Source: Alphaproteobacteria bacterium (lineage in GTDB: Bacteria > Pseudomonadota > Alphaproteobacteria > UBA828). From it: a stretch of 64,000 bases of DNA. A program made the position numbers and the translations under genes. A model generated the notes under the pieces. It made no database searches and was not told where the DNA came from. It worked only from the letters and a program-made list of their open reading frames with translations. Below, one piece after another: positions 1-8,690 of the stretch. The DNA is taken from positions 96,001 through 160,000 of the forward strand of contig CAXXVO010000014.1 of the NCBI GenBank assembly GCA_963422645.2. Direction: 5' to 3'. Within the stretch, counting starts at the first letter, position 1. Each line of letters opens with the position of its first letter.

Positions 1-476
1 AGCCCGGCGCCATCGAGGCGGTGACGGACGCGAAGCCCGACGTCTACAACCACAACCTGGAGACGGTGCCGCGCCTCTATACCGAGGTGAGGCCCGGCGC
101 GCGCTACTATCACTCGCTCCGCCTGCTGGACACGGTGAAGCGCCGCGATCCCTCGATTTTCACCAAGTCCGGCGTCATGGTGGGCCTCGGCGAGGAGCGC
201 CGCGAGATCCTCCAGGTGATGGACGATCTGCGTTCGGCGGACGTGGATTTCTTGACCATCGGCCAGTACCTGCGCCCGACCGAGCGTCATCACGAAGTGA
301 TGCGCTACGTCACACCGGACGAGTTCGCCGAATACGAGCGGCTGGCCTACGCCAAGGGCTTCCTGATGGTCTCGTCCTCGCCGCTCACGCGCTCCTCCTA
401 CCACGCCGGCGACGACTTCCAGACCCTGCGGGCCAACCGCGAGGTCAAGCTCGCTGCCGCTTCCGCCGACTCTTGA
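1..476 (+). CDS. lipA: Lipoyl synthase, C-terminal part (5' end outside window)
   Basis: Motifs [31 protein letters not shown] and RSSYHA are characteristic of LipA. Confidence 0.95.
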   Translation, partial: PGAIEAVTDAKPDVYNHNLETVPRLYTEVRPGARYYHSLRLLDTVKRRDPSIFTKSGVMVGLGEERREILQVMDDLRSADVDFLTIGQYLRPTERHHEVMRYVTPDEFAEYERLAYAKGFLMVSSSPLTRSSYHAGDDFQTLRANREVKLAAASADS

Positions 477-491
477 GTACCCGCTTCGCCC

Positions 492-956
492 ATGCCGCAG
501 CACGTCGAGCGCCGCTTCCTGCCCTATAGCTCGGCCCAGATGTTCGATCTCGTGGCTGAGGTCGAGCGCTATCCCGAGTTCCTGCCCTGGTGCCTCGGGA
601 CCCGCGTTACCAGGCGAGAGCCCGGCGAGCCCGGCATCGTGGAGGCCGACATGCTGATCGGCTTCATGATGTTTCGCGAGCGCTTCGGCTCACGGGTCCA
701 GCTACACCGCGACGAGTACCGGATCGAGGTCAACTACACTCACGGGCCATTCCGCTACCTGATCAACCGCTGGCGCTTCGACGAGCGCAACGACGGCTGC
801 GAGGTCGATTTCTTCGTCGATTTCGAGTTCCGCTCCAGGCTGCTCAAGCGCGTCATGGGCGGGCTCTTCGCCGATGCCGTGGACCGCATGGTGCGCGCCT
901 TCGAAGTCCGCGCCCGGCAGCTCTACGGCACCCCGGCCGTCGAAGCAGCAGGCTAA
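492..956 (+). CDS. RatA/Coq10 START-domain protein
   Basis: MFDLVAEVERYPEFLPWC, GPFRYLINRWRF and FEVRARQLYG; usual neighbour of lipA in alphaproteobacteria. Confidence 0.9.
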   Translation: MPQHVERRFLPYSSAQMFDLVAEVERYPEFLPWCLGTRVTRREPGEPGIVEADMLIGFMMFRERFGSRVQLHRDEYRIEVNYTHGPFRYLINRWRFDERNDGCEVDFFVDFEFRSRLLKRVMGGLFADAVDRMVRAFEVRARQLYGTPAVEAAG

Positions 957-1024
957 GGAACAGAGTCAATTCACTTCGCGCGCGTTCCCGGAGCCAGGCG
1001 GGACGCGGCGAGGGGAGGGCAGCC

Positions 1025-2545
1025 ATGGCGATCAAAGCACCCACCACCGACCAGATCGTCGAGGTCGGCACGCAGCTTGGCATGCACCTCAGCGAGGACG
1101 AGGCTGCCCAGTATCTCGCCGCAATGCAGCCCATGCTCGCGGGCTACGGCGTCGTGGACTCCATGGCGGACGAGCTGCCGGAGGTCAGATACCCGCGCGT
1201 TCCCGGCCACCGGCCCACGGGCGAGGAGAACCCACACAACGGCTGGTACTGGAAGACCGCCATCAAGGGCGCGGCGGGCGGAAAGCTCGCCGGCAAGCGG
1301 GTCGCGATCAAGGACAATGTCTGCGTCGCCGGCGTGCCGATGATGAACGGCGCCTCGGTTCTCGAAGGCTACGTGCCGGAGGTGGACGCCACCTTGGTGA
1401 GCCGCATCCTCGACGCGGGCGGCGAGATCGCGGGCAAGACCGCGTGCGAATACCTCTGCTTCTCCGGCGCGAGCCATACCAATGCAACCGGCCTTCCCGT
1501 GCACAACCCCTGGAAGCGGGGCTACACCTCCGGCGGCTCCTCGTCGGGCTCAGGCGCGGTGGTCGCGGCCGGCGACGTAGAGATGGCCATCGGCGGCGAC
1601 CAGGGCGGCTCGATCCGGATTCCTGCGTCCATGTGCGGCATCGTCGGGCTCAAGCCCACCCATGGCCTCGTGCCCTATACGGGCGTGATGCCCATCGAGC
1701 TCACCATCGATCACGTCGGGCCAATGACCGACACCGTCGCCAACAACGCGCTCCTGCTCGAGGCGACCGCCGGCGTCGACGGCCTCGACCCGCGCCAGAT
1801 TGGCGTGCCGGAGATCCCGTCCTATACGGCTGCGCTCGGCCAGGGCGCGGACGGGATGACCATCGGCGTCGTGACCGAAGGCTTCGGCCATCCCAACTCG
1901 GAGCCCGCCGTGGACCAGACGGTCCGCGCCGCCACCGCCCGGTACGAGGCGATCGGCGCCACCGTGCGCGAGATCAGCATCCCGGAGCATCTGGTCAGCG
2001 GCGCCGTCTGGACCCCGATCGGGCTCGAGGGCACGGTCGATTTCATGATCAACGGCAACGGCTTCGGCACCAACTGGAAGGGCCTCTTCGTCACCAGCCT
2101 GATCGACCGCTACGCCCGCTGGCGCGAGCGCGCGGACGAGTTCCCGCACACGCTGAAGTACGCGATCCTGCTCGGCCAATACATGCTGAACCAATACGGC
2201 GGGCGCTACTACGGCAAGGCGCAGAACATCGCCCGCCGCATTCGCGCGGCCCACGATCGGGCGCTCGACGAATGCGACGTACTGGTCATGCCGACGCTGC
2301 CGATCGTAGCGACGCCGATCGCGCCGGCGGACGCGCCGATCGACCTCTACATCCAGCGCGCCCACGAGATGCTGACCAACACCGCCTGCCACAACATCAC
2401 CGGCCACCCGGCGCTCACCATTCCATGCGGCCTGCACGACGGCTTGCCGGTCGGCCTCCAGCTGATCGGCAAGCACTTCGACGAAGCGACCATCTACCGC
2501 GCCGCCCACGCCTTCGAGCAGTCGGTCGACTGGAAGACGCTCTGA
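1025..2545 (+). CDS. Amidase signature family protein
   Basis: IKDN, GGSSSGS, GGDQGGSIRIPA catalytic motifs; start moved to ATG 1025 after RBS GGAGG. Confidence 0.92.
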   Translation: MAIKAPTTDQIVEVGTQLGMHLSEDEAAQYLAAMQPMLAGYGVVDSMADELPEVRYPRVPGHRPTGEENPHNGWYWKTAIKGAAGGKLAGKRVAIKDNVCVAGVPMMNGASVLEGYVPEVDATLVSRILDAGGEIAGKTACEYLCFSGASHTNATGLPVHNPWKRGYTSGGSSSGSGAVVAAGDVEMAIGGDQGGSIRIPASMCGIVGLKPTHGLVPYTGVMPIELTIDHVGPMTDTVANNALLLEATAGVDGLDPRQIGVPEIPSYTAALGQGADGMTIGVVTEGFGHPNSEPAVDQTVRAATARYEAIGATVREISIPEHLVSGAVWTPIGLEGTVDFMINGNGFGTNWKGLFVTSLIDRYARWRERADEFPHTLKYAILLGQYMLNQYGGRYYGKAQNIARRIRAAHDRALDECDVLVMPTLPIVATPIAPADAPIDLYIQRAHEMLTNTACHNITGHPALTIPCGLHDGLPVGLQLIGKHFDEATIYRAAHAFEQSVDWKTL

Positions 2546-2576
2546 CCGGCGGCAGCCACCCAAGGAGACCCAAGAG

Positions 2577-3209
2577 ATGAAGCTCTACGAATTTGCAATA
2601 GCGCCCGGCCCGCGCCGGGTGCGCATCTTCATCGCCGAGAAGGGGATCGAGATTCCCTCCGTCCAGATCAACACCCGCGAGCGGCAGCAGTTCACCGACG
2701 AGTACCGCGCCGTGAACCCCAACTGCGTGGTGCCCACGCTGGTGCTCGACGACGGCACCAGCATCGGCGAGACGGTGGCGATCTGCCGCTACCTGGAGGA
2801 GACCCATTCCGATCCCAACCTGATGGGCCGCGACGCCAAGGAGAAGGCGGTGATCGAGATGTGGAACCGGCAGGCGGAACTCGAGGGCTATCTGGCGGCC
2901 GTCGAAGCGGTGCGGAACAGCGCCCCGCTGTTCGAGGACCGCGGGGTGGCCGGCGTGACGGGCGGCGTTCCCCAGATTCCAGCACTGGCCGAGCGGGGCA
3001 AGCAATCCATGGGGCGCTTCTTCGCCAAGCTCGACCGCCGGCTTGCTGACAGCAGCCATCTCGCGGGCGACAGGTTCTCCATCGCCGACATCACTGCGTT
3101 CGTGACGATCGACTTCGCCAAGCGCGCCGAAATCGAGATCCCGGATGACTGCTCCAACGTCGCCCGCTGGTTCGCCGAGGTGGGCGCCCGGCCCAGCGCC
3201 GAGGCCTAA
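2577..3209 (+). CDS. Glutathione S-transferase family protein
   Basis: PRRVRIFIAEKG, NPNCVVPTL, ETVAICRYL, FSIADI. Confidence 0.92.
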   Translation: MKLYEFAIAPGPRRVRIFIAEKGIEIPSVQINTRERQQFTDEYRAVNPNCVVPTLVLDDGTSIGETVAICRYLEETHSDPNLMGRDAKEKAVIEMWNRQAELEGYLAAVEAVRNSAPLFEDRGVAGVTGGVPQIPALAERGKQSMGRFFAKLDRRLADSSHLAGDRFSIADITAFVTIDFAKRAEIEIPDDCSNVARWFAEVGARPSAEA

Positions 3210-3303
3210 AGCGGCTTCAGCCCCGGGCCGAAGGTCCGGAGCGCGCGACTGCGCGCCGCGCCCAATGGCGCGTAGGCAAGCGAACGGAGTGAGCGCCCGC
3301 CGT

Positions 3304-3350
3304 TGAGGGAAATGACTAAACCAGCGCCCGGCGACTGAGGGAAATGATTG
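3304..3350. repeat. Imperfect ~30-bp tandem repeat (core TGAGGGAAATGA) interrupted by the IS66 insertion
   Basis: TGAGGGAAATGA at 3304-3315 and 3336-3347; the second unit continues after the IS as AACCGCCCGAGAC (5278-5290). Confidence 0.6.
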
Positions 3351-3464
3351 GTAACTGCCCAGGTCGTCTGATTTGTCATTTTGGGCCAGTGGATTGAGGC
3401 GTTTCTCGTTCGGAGTTGGTGGAAAGGGCTTGACGGGAATTTCGGGAAATGACTCAACAACGAC

Positions 3465-4970
3465 ATGAGCAATCCCGAGTCGCCGCGCGGCCCTTCGACG
3501 GGAGCAGCGCCCGAAACGCCCGCGCAGAAGATCGCCCGCCTGGAGGAGGAGAACGCCCGGCTTCGGGAGGAAAATGCCTGGCTTCGGCAGCAGAACGCGC
3601 GGCTGGAAGAGCAAGTCGCGCGTCTCGTCGAGCGCATCGAGGAGTTGGAGCGCCGTCTCGGCCTCAACAGCGGCAACAGCGTCAAGCCGCCTTCGAGCGA
3701 TGGGCTGAGGAAGCCGAATTCGAAGCGGCGAACCCGAAGCCTGCGCGGCAAATCGGGCCGCAAGCCCGGTGGCCAGCCCGGCCACAAGGGCAAGACGCTG
3801 CGCCGCGCCGATCACCCGGATCGGGTGAAGGATCACGTCCCGGCTTCCTGCAAGGGATGCGGTTCGCCGCTTTCGGACGCGGCCAGGGCGGGAACGCCCG
3901 TCGCCCGCCAGGTGTTCGATCTGCCCGAGCCGAGCCCCCTGGAGGTGACCGAGCACCGGGCGCATGCCAAGTGCTGCGGGCATTGCGGGACGGTGACCCG
4001 GGCGGCGTTCCCCGACGGGGTGTCGGCGCCGGTGCAGTACGGCCCGCGCATTGCCGGGGTGGCGGTCTACCTTCAGCACGCTCACTTCCTGCCGGAGGAT
4101 CGGCTGTCGCAGGTGATGGCCGAGCTCTTCGGCGCGCCGGTGACGGCTGCGACGTTGGCGACGATGAGCGAGAGGGCGGCCGAGCGGCTGCGGGACGCGG
4201 CCTTGCACATACAGGACCTGGCGGCGGGCACGGCGCGGGTGAAACACATGGACGAGACCGGCTTGCGGATCGGCGGTCAGACGCAGTGGCTTCATGTGAT
4301 CTGCACGCCGCTGCTGGCGGCGTACCGGGTCAGCGGCAAGCGCGGCGCCCTGCTCTCGGGTGTCTCCGGCATCGTCGTGCACGATCACTGGAAGCCGTAC
4401 TTCGCGATGGAAGGGGTGGAGCACGGCCTGTGCAACGCCCATCACCTGCGGGAGTTGCAGGCGCTGGTGGACATCGAAGGGGAGGCTTGGGCCCGGCGGA
4501 TGCAGCAGCTCCTGCGCCGAGCCAATCGCGCCGCCCGCATCGCGCTGGACAAGGATATCGCCGTTCCGGCGAGGCTTGTGGCGCTGATCGAGCGCCGATA
4601 CGACGAGATCATCGCCGATGCGCTGGCCTTTCACGAGAGCCAACCACCGTTCTCGCCTGGCAAGAGGAAGAAGCGCCGGAAGCGAAGGATCGGTCACAAT
4701 CTGGCCTTGAGGCTGCGCGACCACAAATGCGCGGTGCTCCGGTTCCTGATCGACCTCGAGGTCGGGTTCACGAACAACGAGGCCGAGCGCGACCTTCGGA
4801 TGATGAAGCTGCGCCAGAAGATCTCCGGGGGCTTCCGGTCCGCGCAGGGGGCCGAGAACTTCGCCATCCTGCGCAGCGTCATCACCACCGCCAGAAAGCA
4901 GGGCTGGAATATCATCGAAGCCCTGACCAGCCCATCGGATCGGCTCATCGCCACCGTCAAGTGCGCGTAA
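3465..4970 (+). CDS. IS66-family transposase (intact, 501 aa)
   Basis: N-terminal coiled coil, NSxKPPSSD, GGQPGHKG, CxxC zinc finger, DETG, CNAHHLREL, TNNEAERDLR. Confidence 0.95.
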   Translation: MSNPESPRGPSTGAAPETPAQKIARLEEENARLREENAWLRQQNARLEEQVARLVERIEELERRLGLNSGNSVKPPSSDGLRKPNSKRRTRSLRGKSGRKPGGQPGHKGKTLRRADHPDRVKDHVPASCKGCGSPLSDAARAGTPVARQVFDLPEPSPLEVTEHRAHAKCCGHCGTVTRAAFPDGVSAPVQYGPRIAGVAVYLQHAHFLPEDRLSQVMAELFGAPVTAATLATMSERAAERLRDAALHIQDLAAGTARVKHMDETGLRIGGQTQWLHVICTPLLAAYRVSGKRGALLSGVSGIVVHDHWKPYFAMEGVEHGLCNAHHLRELQALVDIEGEAWARRMQQLLRRANRAARIALDKDIAVPARLVALIERRYDEIIADALAFHESQPPFSPGKRKKRRKRRIGHNLALRLRDHKCAVLRFLIDLEVGFTNNEAERDLRMMKLRQKISGGFRSAQGAENFAILRSVITTARKQGWNIIEALTSPSDRLIATVKCA

Positions 4971-5207
4971 GCTCACCTGGCACGGGTTCTCCAACAGCGG
5001 AGCCATTCTCATAAACGATCATGGTCGACGCCGTGCTGGACCACCCCATAGAATGAAAATCGGTGCCCGTCGCGCGGGCGGACTTCGGGCCACATCGGGG
5101 TAGCTTACCGGTCGCAGTCCGCAAGAGGGGCATCGTGAGCTGTGAAACCCGGCGACCACAGAGGAGCACACGGGCGTCGCGTGGGTAGCGTTGTGCCGAA
5201 TCCCAGA

Positions 5208-5269
5208 GAATTTTCACAGCAAGAACCTGGGCAGTTACGAATTTTCACAGCAAGAACCTGGGCAGTTAC
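5208..5269. repeat. Perfect 31-bp tandem duplication of the IS66 right end
   Basis: GAATTTTCACAGCAAGAACCTGGGCAGTTAC at 5208-5238 and 5239-5269. Confidence 0.95.
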
Positions 5270-5290
5270 AATGATTGAACCGCCCGAGAC

Positions 5291-5319
5291 TTGCCGCCAT
5301 CGCCCCGCCGCGCTATGAG
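5291..5319 (+). promoter_or_regulatory. Possible sigma70 promoter for the complex I subunit gene
   Basis: TTGCCG-17 bp-TATGAG ending 8 bp before ATG 5328. Confidence 0.35.
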
Positions 5320-5327
5320 GCCGGACG

Positions 5328-5615
5328 ATGGACGTGCGCATCTACAGGCCGGCGAAAACGGCCACCCAGTCGGGCCGGGCGAAGATCAACCGCTGGGTGC
5401 TTGAGCACGCGCCGCGCGGCCACCGCTCGGTGGACAGCCTGATGGGCTGGACCGGCTCCGACGACACCACGCAGCAGGTCAAGCTGAGCTTCGCGACCAA
5501 GCAGCAGGCAATCGCCTACGCCAAGCGCAAGGGCCTCGCCTACGTCGTGGAGGAGCCGCAGTCGCGCCCCACCCGGCCCAAGTCCTACGCCGACAACTTC
5601 ATCCGCAAGACCTGA
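5328..5615 (+). CDS. ETC complex I subunit (NDUFS4-like)
   Basis: RIYRPAKTATQSG, LMGWTGSDDT, QVKLSFAT, KSYADNF. Confidence 0.92.
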   Translation: MDVRIYRPAKTATQSGRAKINRWVLEHAPRGHRSVDSLMGWTGSDDTTQQVKLSFATKQQAIAYAKRKGLAYVVEEPQSRPTRPKSYADNFIRKT

Positions 5616-5625
5616 GGCAGCGTCC

Positions 5626-5709
5626 TCAGGTCTGAACGCGACTGGCCTGCGACGATAAGGCAGGCCACACGGCGAGTCCCATGTTTGGAAAAGGCCGTAT
5701 CTCTACCAT
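5626..5709 (-). pseudogene. Decayed mazF toxin N-terminal fragment
   Basis: MVEIRPFPNMGLAVWPALSSQASRVQT* follows the MazF start pattern PxxGxxVW...QAGxEQxGxRP; its ATG overlaps the last mazE codons. Confidence 0.5.
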
Positions 5710-5905
5710 TGCTCATTGCCCTGTGGTTCGCCGGTGTCTTGCTCGGGATGCAAGTTGTCGTCGGTAACGCGGCTCAACAAGTCGGCGAGGTCGTAGGGCC
5801 TCTTGCGCATCTCTGAGAAATCGCTCTGCGAAGCCGTCTCGACAGCCGCACTTTCAGAAGCGCTCGACTGGTCGGAAGTTTCCTCGGGGATGTGCACGGT
5901 CGGGC
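5703..5905 (-). pseudogene. Decayed mazE (AbrB/MazE antitoxin) fragment
   Basis: C-terminus YDLADLLSRVTDDNLHPEQDTGEPQGNEQW* matches the MazE tail; the upstream VHIP...AVET resembles a degenerate AbrB core; no start codon for a full-length gene. Confidence 0.7.
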
Positions 5906-5908
5906 CAC

Positions 5909-6826
5909 TCACCCCGCGAATCGCGGCTCGGGGATCCCTCTGATGCCGAGGCCGGTGACTGCAAACAGGCCGCCCGCGAGGAACTGCGGCTTGGCCTCCA
6001 CCGCGAACATGTCGTGCACCGCCGGGTGCTGCACGCGGGCCATGGAGGTGACGTAGAGCACGTCGAGGTCGTCGCCGCCGAACATGACGCTGGTGACGTT
6101 CTTCACCGGCATCCCGATGCGGCGCTCGACCGAGCCGTCCGGCGCGTAGCGCACCATCTCGCCGCCGATCACTTGCGCGTTCCAAAGGCAGCCCTCCTCG
6201 TCCACGGTCGAGCCGTCTGCGACGCCGGCATCGTCCTTGGTCGAGGCGAAGACCCGCTTGTTGGCGAGCGTGCCCGTCTCGATGTCGTAGTCGTAGGCCC
6301 AAAACTCATCCTGGAAGCTGTCGGCGAGGTAGAAGGTCTTGTCGTCCGGGCTCCAGCACGGGCCGTTGGTGCAGATGATGCCGTCGTCCACCTTGGTGAC
6401 GGAGAGGTCGGGATCGAGCCGCCACAGGCCGCAGATGGTGAGCTCCTCCTTGTCGTCCATGCCGCCCGCGAAGAAGCGCCCGCGCCGGTCGCACTTGCCG
6501 TCGTTGAGCCGGGTGCGCGGCTGTTCGGCATCGACCTTGGTAATCAGTTCCATCTCTGCCTTGTCGTAGTCGAAGAAGTAGAAGCCGTCGTCGAGCGCCA
6601 TCACCGCGCCGCCGCCGGCACGGAGCGCCATCGCGCCGACATCGTGCTCGCCGAGGGTCCAGTTCTCGACCTTGCCGCTCTCGGGGTCCATGCGCCAGAG
6701 CTCGGGCTTGCCGACCCGGCGCCCGGTGCCGTCCACCCAGTAGAGCCGGCCTTCGTCGACGTCCCACACCGGGCCTTCGCCCAGATGGTTCCCGCAGTCG
6801 AGGATGCACTCGATCTTGATGCTCAT
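5909..6826 (-). CDS. SMP-30/gluconolactonase/LRE family protein
   Basis: LGEGPVW, RLNDGKCD, NGPCWSPD, DGSTVDEEG, FGGDDL. Confidence 0.93.
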   Translation of the reverse strand: MSIKIECILDCGNHLGEGPVWDVDEGRLYWVDGTGRRVGKPELWRMDPESGKVENWTLGEHDVGAMALRAGGGAVMALDDGFYFFDYDKAEMELITKVDAEQPRTRLNDGKCDRRGRFFAGGMDDKEELTICGLWRLDPDLSVTKVDDGIICTNGPCWSPDDKTFYLADSFQDEFWAYDYDIETGTLANKRVFASTKDDAGVADGSTVDEEGCLWNAQVIGGEMVRYAPDGSVERRIGMPVKNVTSVMFGGDDLDVLYVTSMARVQHPAVHDMFAVEAKPQFLAGGLFAVTGLGIRGIPEPRFAG

Positions 6827-6936
6827 GCGTGTCACCCCTTTGTTTGCCGGATGGTGGCGGCGGTGGGCGTCGCGTGCAAGACCGCGCACATTGTCAGCGG
6901 GCGGTGCGGCGGCTAAGAGGGAGCAGGGAGGATCAC

Positions 6937-7623
6937 ATGACCGCTCACGACATCGATCTCGCGGCGCTCGGCCGCTACGATACGGCTACCATCTGCAACG
7001 CGCTCCTGGCGATCGCGCCGGGGGCCGCGGGGCGCTCGACCAAGATAACGCTTCACTGTGCGCGGCCCGACCTGCCGCCCATGGTGGGCTTCGCGCGCAC
7101 AACGCTCTACCGCACGCAGGAGCCCGGCGCCCTCGACGCCGAGGCCGAGAAGGCGCAGGACCTCGCCTGGTTCGACTACGTCGCCGCCGGGCCCGAGCCC
7201 CGCATCGTCGTGGTGCAGGACGGCGACACGCCCCACGCCGCCAGCAACGCGATCTTCGGCGAGGTCATGAGCTTCATGCACAGCGTGCTCGGCTGCATCG
7301 GCCTCCTCACCAACGGCGCCGTCCGCGACGTGGCCGGCATGGCCGAGGGCTTCCAGGTGCTTTGCGGCGGCATCGCGCCCAACCGCGCCGGCTTTCACCG
7401 GGTCGACTTCGACTGCGAGATCAACGTCGCGGGGCTCTATGCGCGCACCGACACCCTCATCCATGCCGACGTCAACGGCGCCGTCGTCGTCCCGCTCGAG
7501 CTGGTGCCGGAGATCCTGGAGGCAGCGGCCGCGGTCACCAAGAAGGAGCAGAAGATCATCGACTTCTGCCGCGACCCCGGTGTCACGGCCGAGAGCTTCA
7601 AGCGCTTCTGGCGCGAGGGCTGA
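6937..7623 (+). CDS. RraA/HMG-aldolase family protein
   Basis: DTATICNAL, FGEVM, TNGAVRD, IHADVNGAVVVP. Confidence 0.88.
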   Translation: MTAHDIDLAALGRYDTATICNALLAIAPGAAGRSTKITLHCARPDLPPMVGFARTTLYRTQEPGALDAEAEKAQDLAWFDYVAAGPEPRIVVVQDGDTPHAASNAIFGEVMSFMHSVLGCIGLLTNGAVRDVAGMAEGFQVLCGGIAPNRAGFHRVDFDCEINVAGLYARTDTLIHADVNGAVVVPLELVPEILEAAAAVTKKEQKIIDFCRDPGVTAESFKRFWREG

Positions 7624-7629
7624 ACGCCG

Positions 7630-8370
7630 GTGCGCATCCTTCTGCTCCAGAACCACGAGAGCTCCGGACCGGGTTACCTGGAAGAGCCGGCGGCCCGCCG
7701 CGGCGCGCGCTTCGAGGCCTGCATGCCGCACCTCAATGCCGACCACCGCCTGCCCGAGGACGACGCCGGCTACGACGGCTTCCTCCTCATGGGAGGCGCG
7801 ATGCACGCGGGCCACGTGGAGGAGCATCCCTGGCTCGAGGATGCAGCGGCGCTGGTGCGGTGCTTCACCGAGGCGGAGAAGCCGGTGCTCGGCGTCTGTC
7901 TCGGCTCGCAGATCGTCGCCCGCGCCTTCGGCGGGCGCTGCTACGACATGGCGGTGCCCGAGGTGGGCTTCGTACCGGTCCGGCTGACGGTGGCGGCGGA
8001 GACCGATCCGCTGCTCGGCCAGTCCTTCGACAATCCCGTCCACCTCGCCGAATTCCACAGCCAGACCTTCGATCTGCCCGAGGGCGCGACCCGGCTCATG
8101 GTCGGCGACGCGGTGCCCAACCAGGCCTTCCGCATCGGAGCCGCGACCTATTCATTCCAGCCCCACTTCGAGGTGACGCCCCAGATGATGACGTACTGGG
8201 TCTCGATCTCCGACGAGGTCGTGCCCAAGTACGCACCGACCCTGCCCGAGGCGCTGCCGCACCAGCTGCACCTCCACCACCACGCCTCCCACGATTTCTG
8301 CTACCGCGTAGGCGACGCCTGGCTCGACCTTGTCGCGGCGCGGGCGAGGCGGGAAGGGGAGGACGGTTGA
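7630..8370 (+). CDS. Type 1 glutamine amidotransferase
   Basis: Nucleophile elbow GVCLGSQ and QPHFE His-Glu dyad. Confidence 0.92.
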   Translation: MRILLLQNHESSGPGYLEEPAARRGARFEACMPHLNADHRLPEDDAGYDGFLLMGGAMHAGHVEEHPWLEDAAALVRCFTEAEKPVLGVCLGSQIVARAFGGRCYDMAVPEVGFVPVRLTVAAETDPLLGQSFDNPVHLAEFHSQTFDLPEGATRLMVGDAVPNQAFRIGAATYSFQPHFEVTPQMMTYWVSISDEVVPKYAPTLPEALPHQLHLHHHASHDFCYRVGDAWLDLVAARARREGEDG

Positions 8371-8388
8371 CGGCGGTGATCGCTACGG
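8104..8388. repeat. Direct repeat copy A (3' end of GATase gene plus degenerate tRNA-Glu 3' end)
   Basis: Matches 9833-10117 at constant offset 1729; about 8 substitutions over the first ~270 bp by eye and 4 in the last 16 bp. Confidence 0.92.
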
Positions 8389-8433
8389 TTTGAGTGGGCG
8401 CGCAGCTTCTCCGACCCAGCCTGTCCCACACGT

Positions 8434-8528
8434 CGTCATGCCCGGACTCGTTCCGGGCATCTTTCTCAGCCAGGCCCGCCTTCCGTCATGCAAACGCGTG
8501 GATGGCCGCAACAAGTGCGGCCATGACG
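8434..8528. repeat. REP-like double-hairpin palindromic element
   Basis: CGTCATG-CCCGGA-ctcgt-TCCGGG-CATC ... GATG-GCCGCA-acaag-TGCGGC-CATGACG; outer CGTCATG/CATGACG are inverted. Confidence 0.8.
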
Positions 8529-8690
8529 TGTTGGGGGCGCTGTGCAAATGGACAGAAACTTCTCGAACGGGACATTAGGCCGCGTCAACGCGTTCGATCT
8601 GTATCGTCTGCTCGAGGTGGCGGGACCGCGCGAGACTAAGGTGGGCCTTGGGATCGGCCAGTTTCAGGCGGCCGACTTGCCCCCCGCCGG

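Larger units (their letters stand above)
3351..5269 (+). mobile_element. IS66-family (single-ORF, ISBst12-like) element, copy 1, with duplicated right end
   Basis: Terminal inverted repeats GTAACTGCCCAGGT; 8-bp TSD AATGATTG at 3343-3350 and 5270-5277. Confidence 0.95.

Noticed and set aside
492-956. RatA as a toxin-antitoxin system
   Set aside because: No ratB partner; the lipA-adjacent Coq10-like gene is a routine housekeeping arrangement.
2415-5014. Long antisense and alternate-frame ORFs (865 aa here; also 26963-29188, 45338-47629, 59718-62069 and others)
   Set aside because: They shadow well-supported genes, have Arg/Ala/Pro/Gly-biased composition and no motifs, as expected in high-GC DNA.
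5208-5269. CRISPR-like 31-bp repeats
   Set aside because: The two copies are adjacent with no spacer, the sequence is the IS end, and there are no cas genes in the window.
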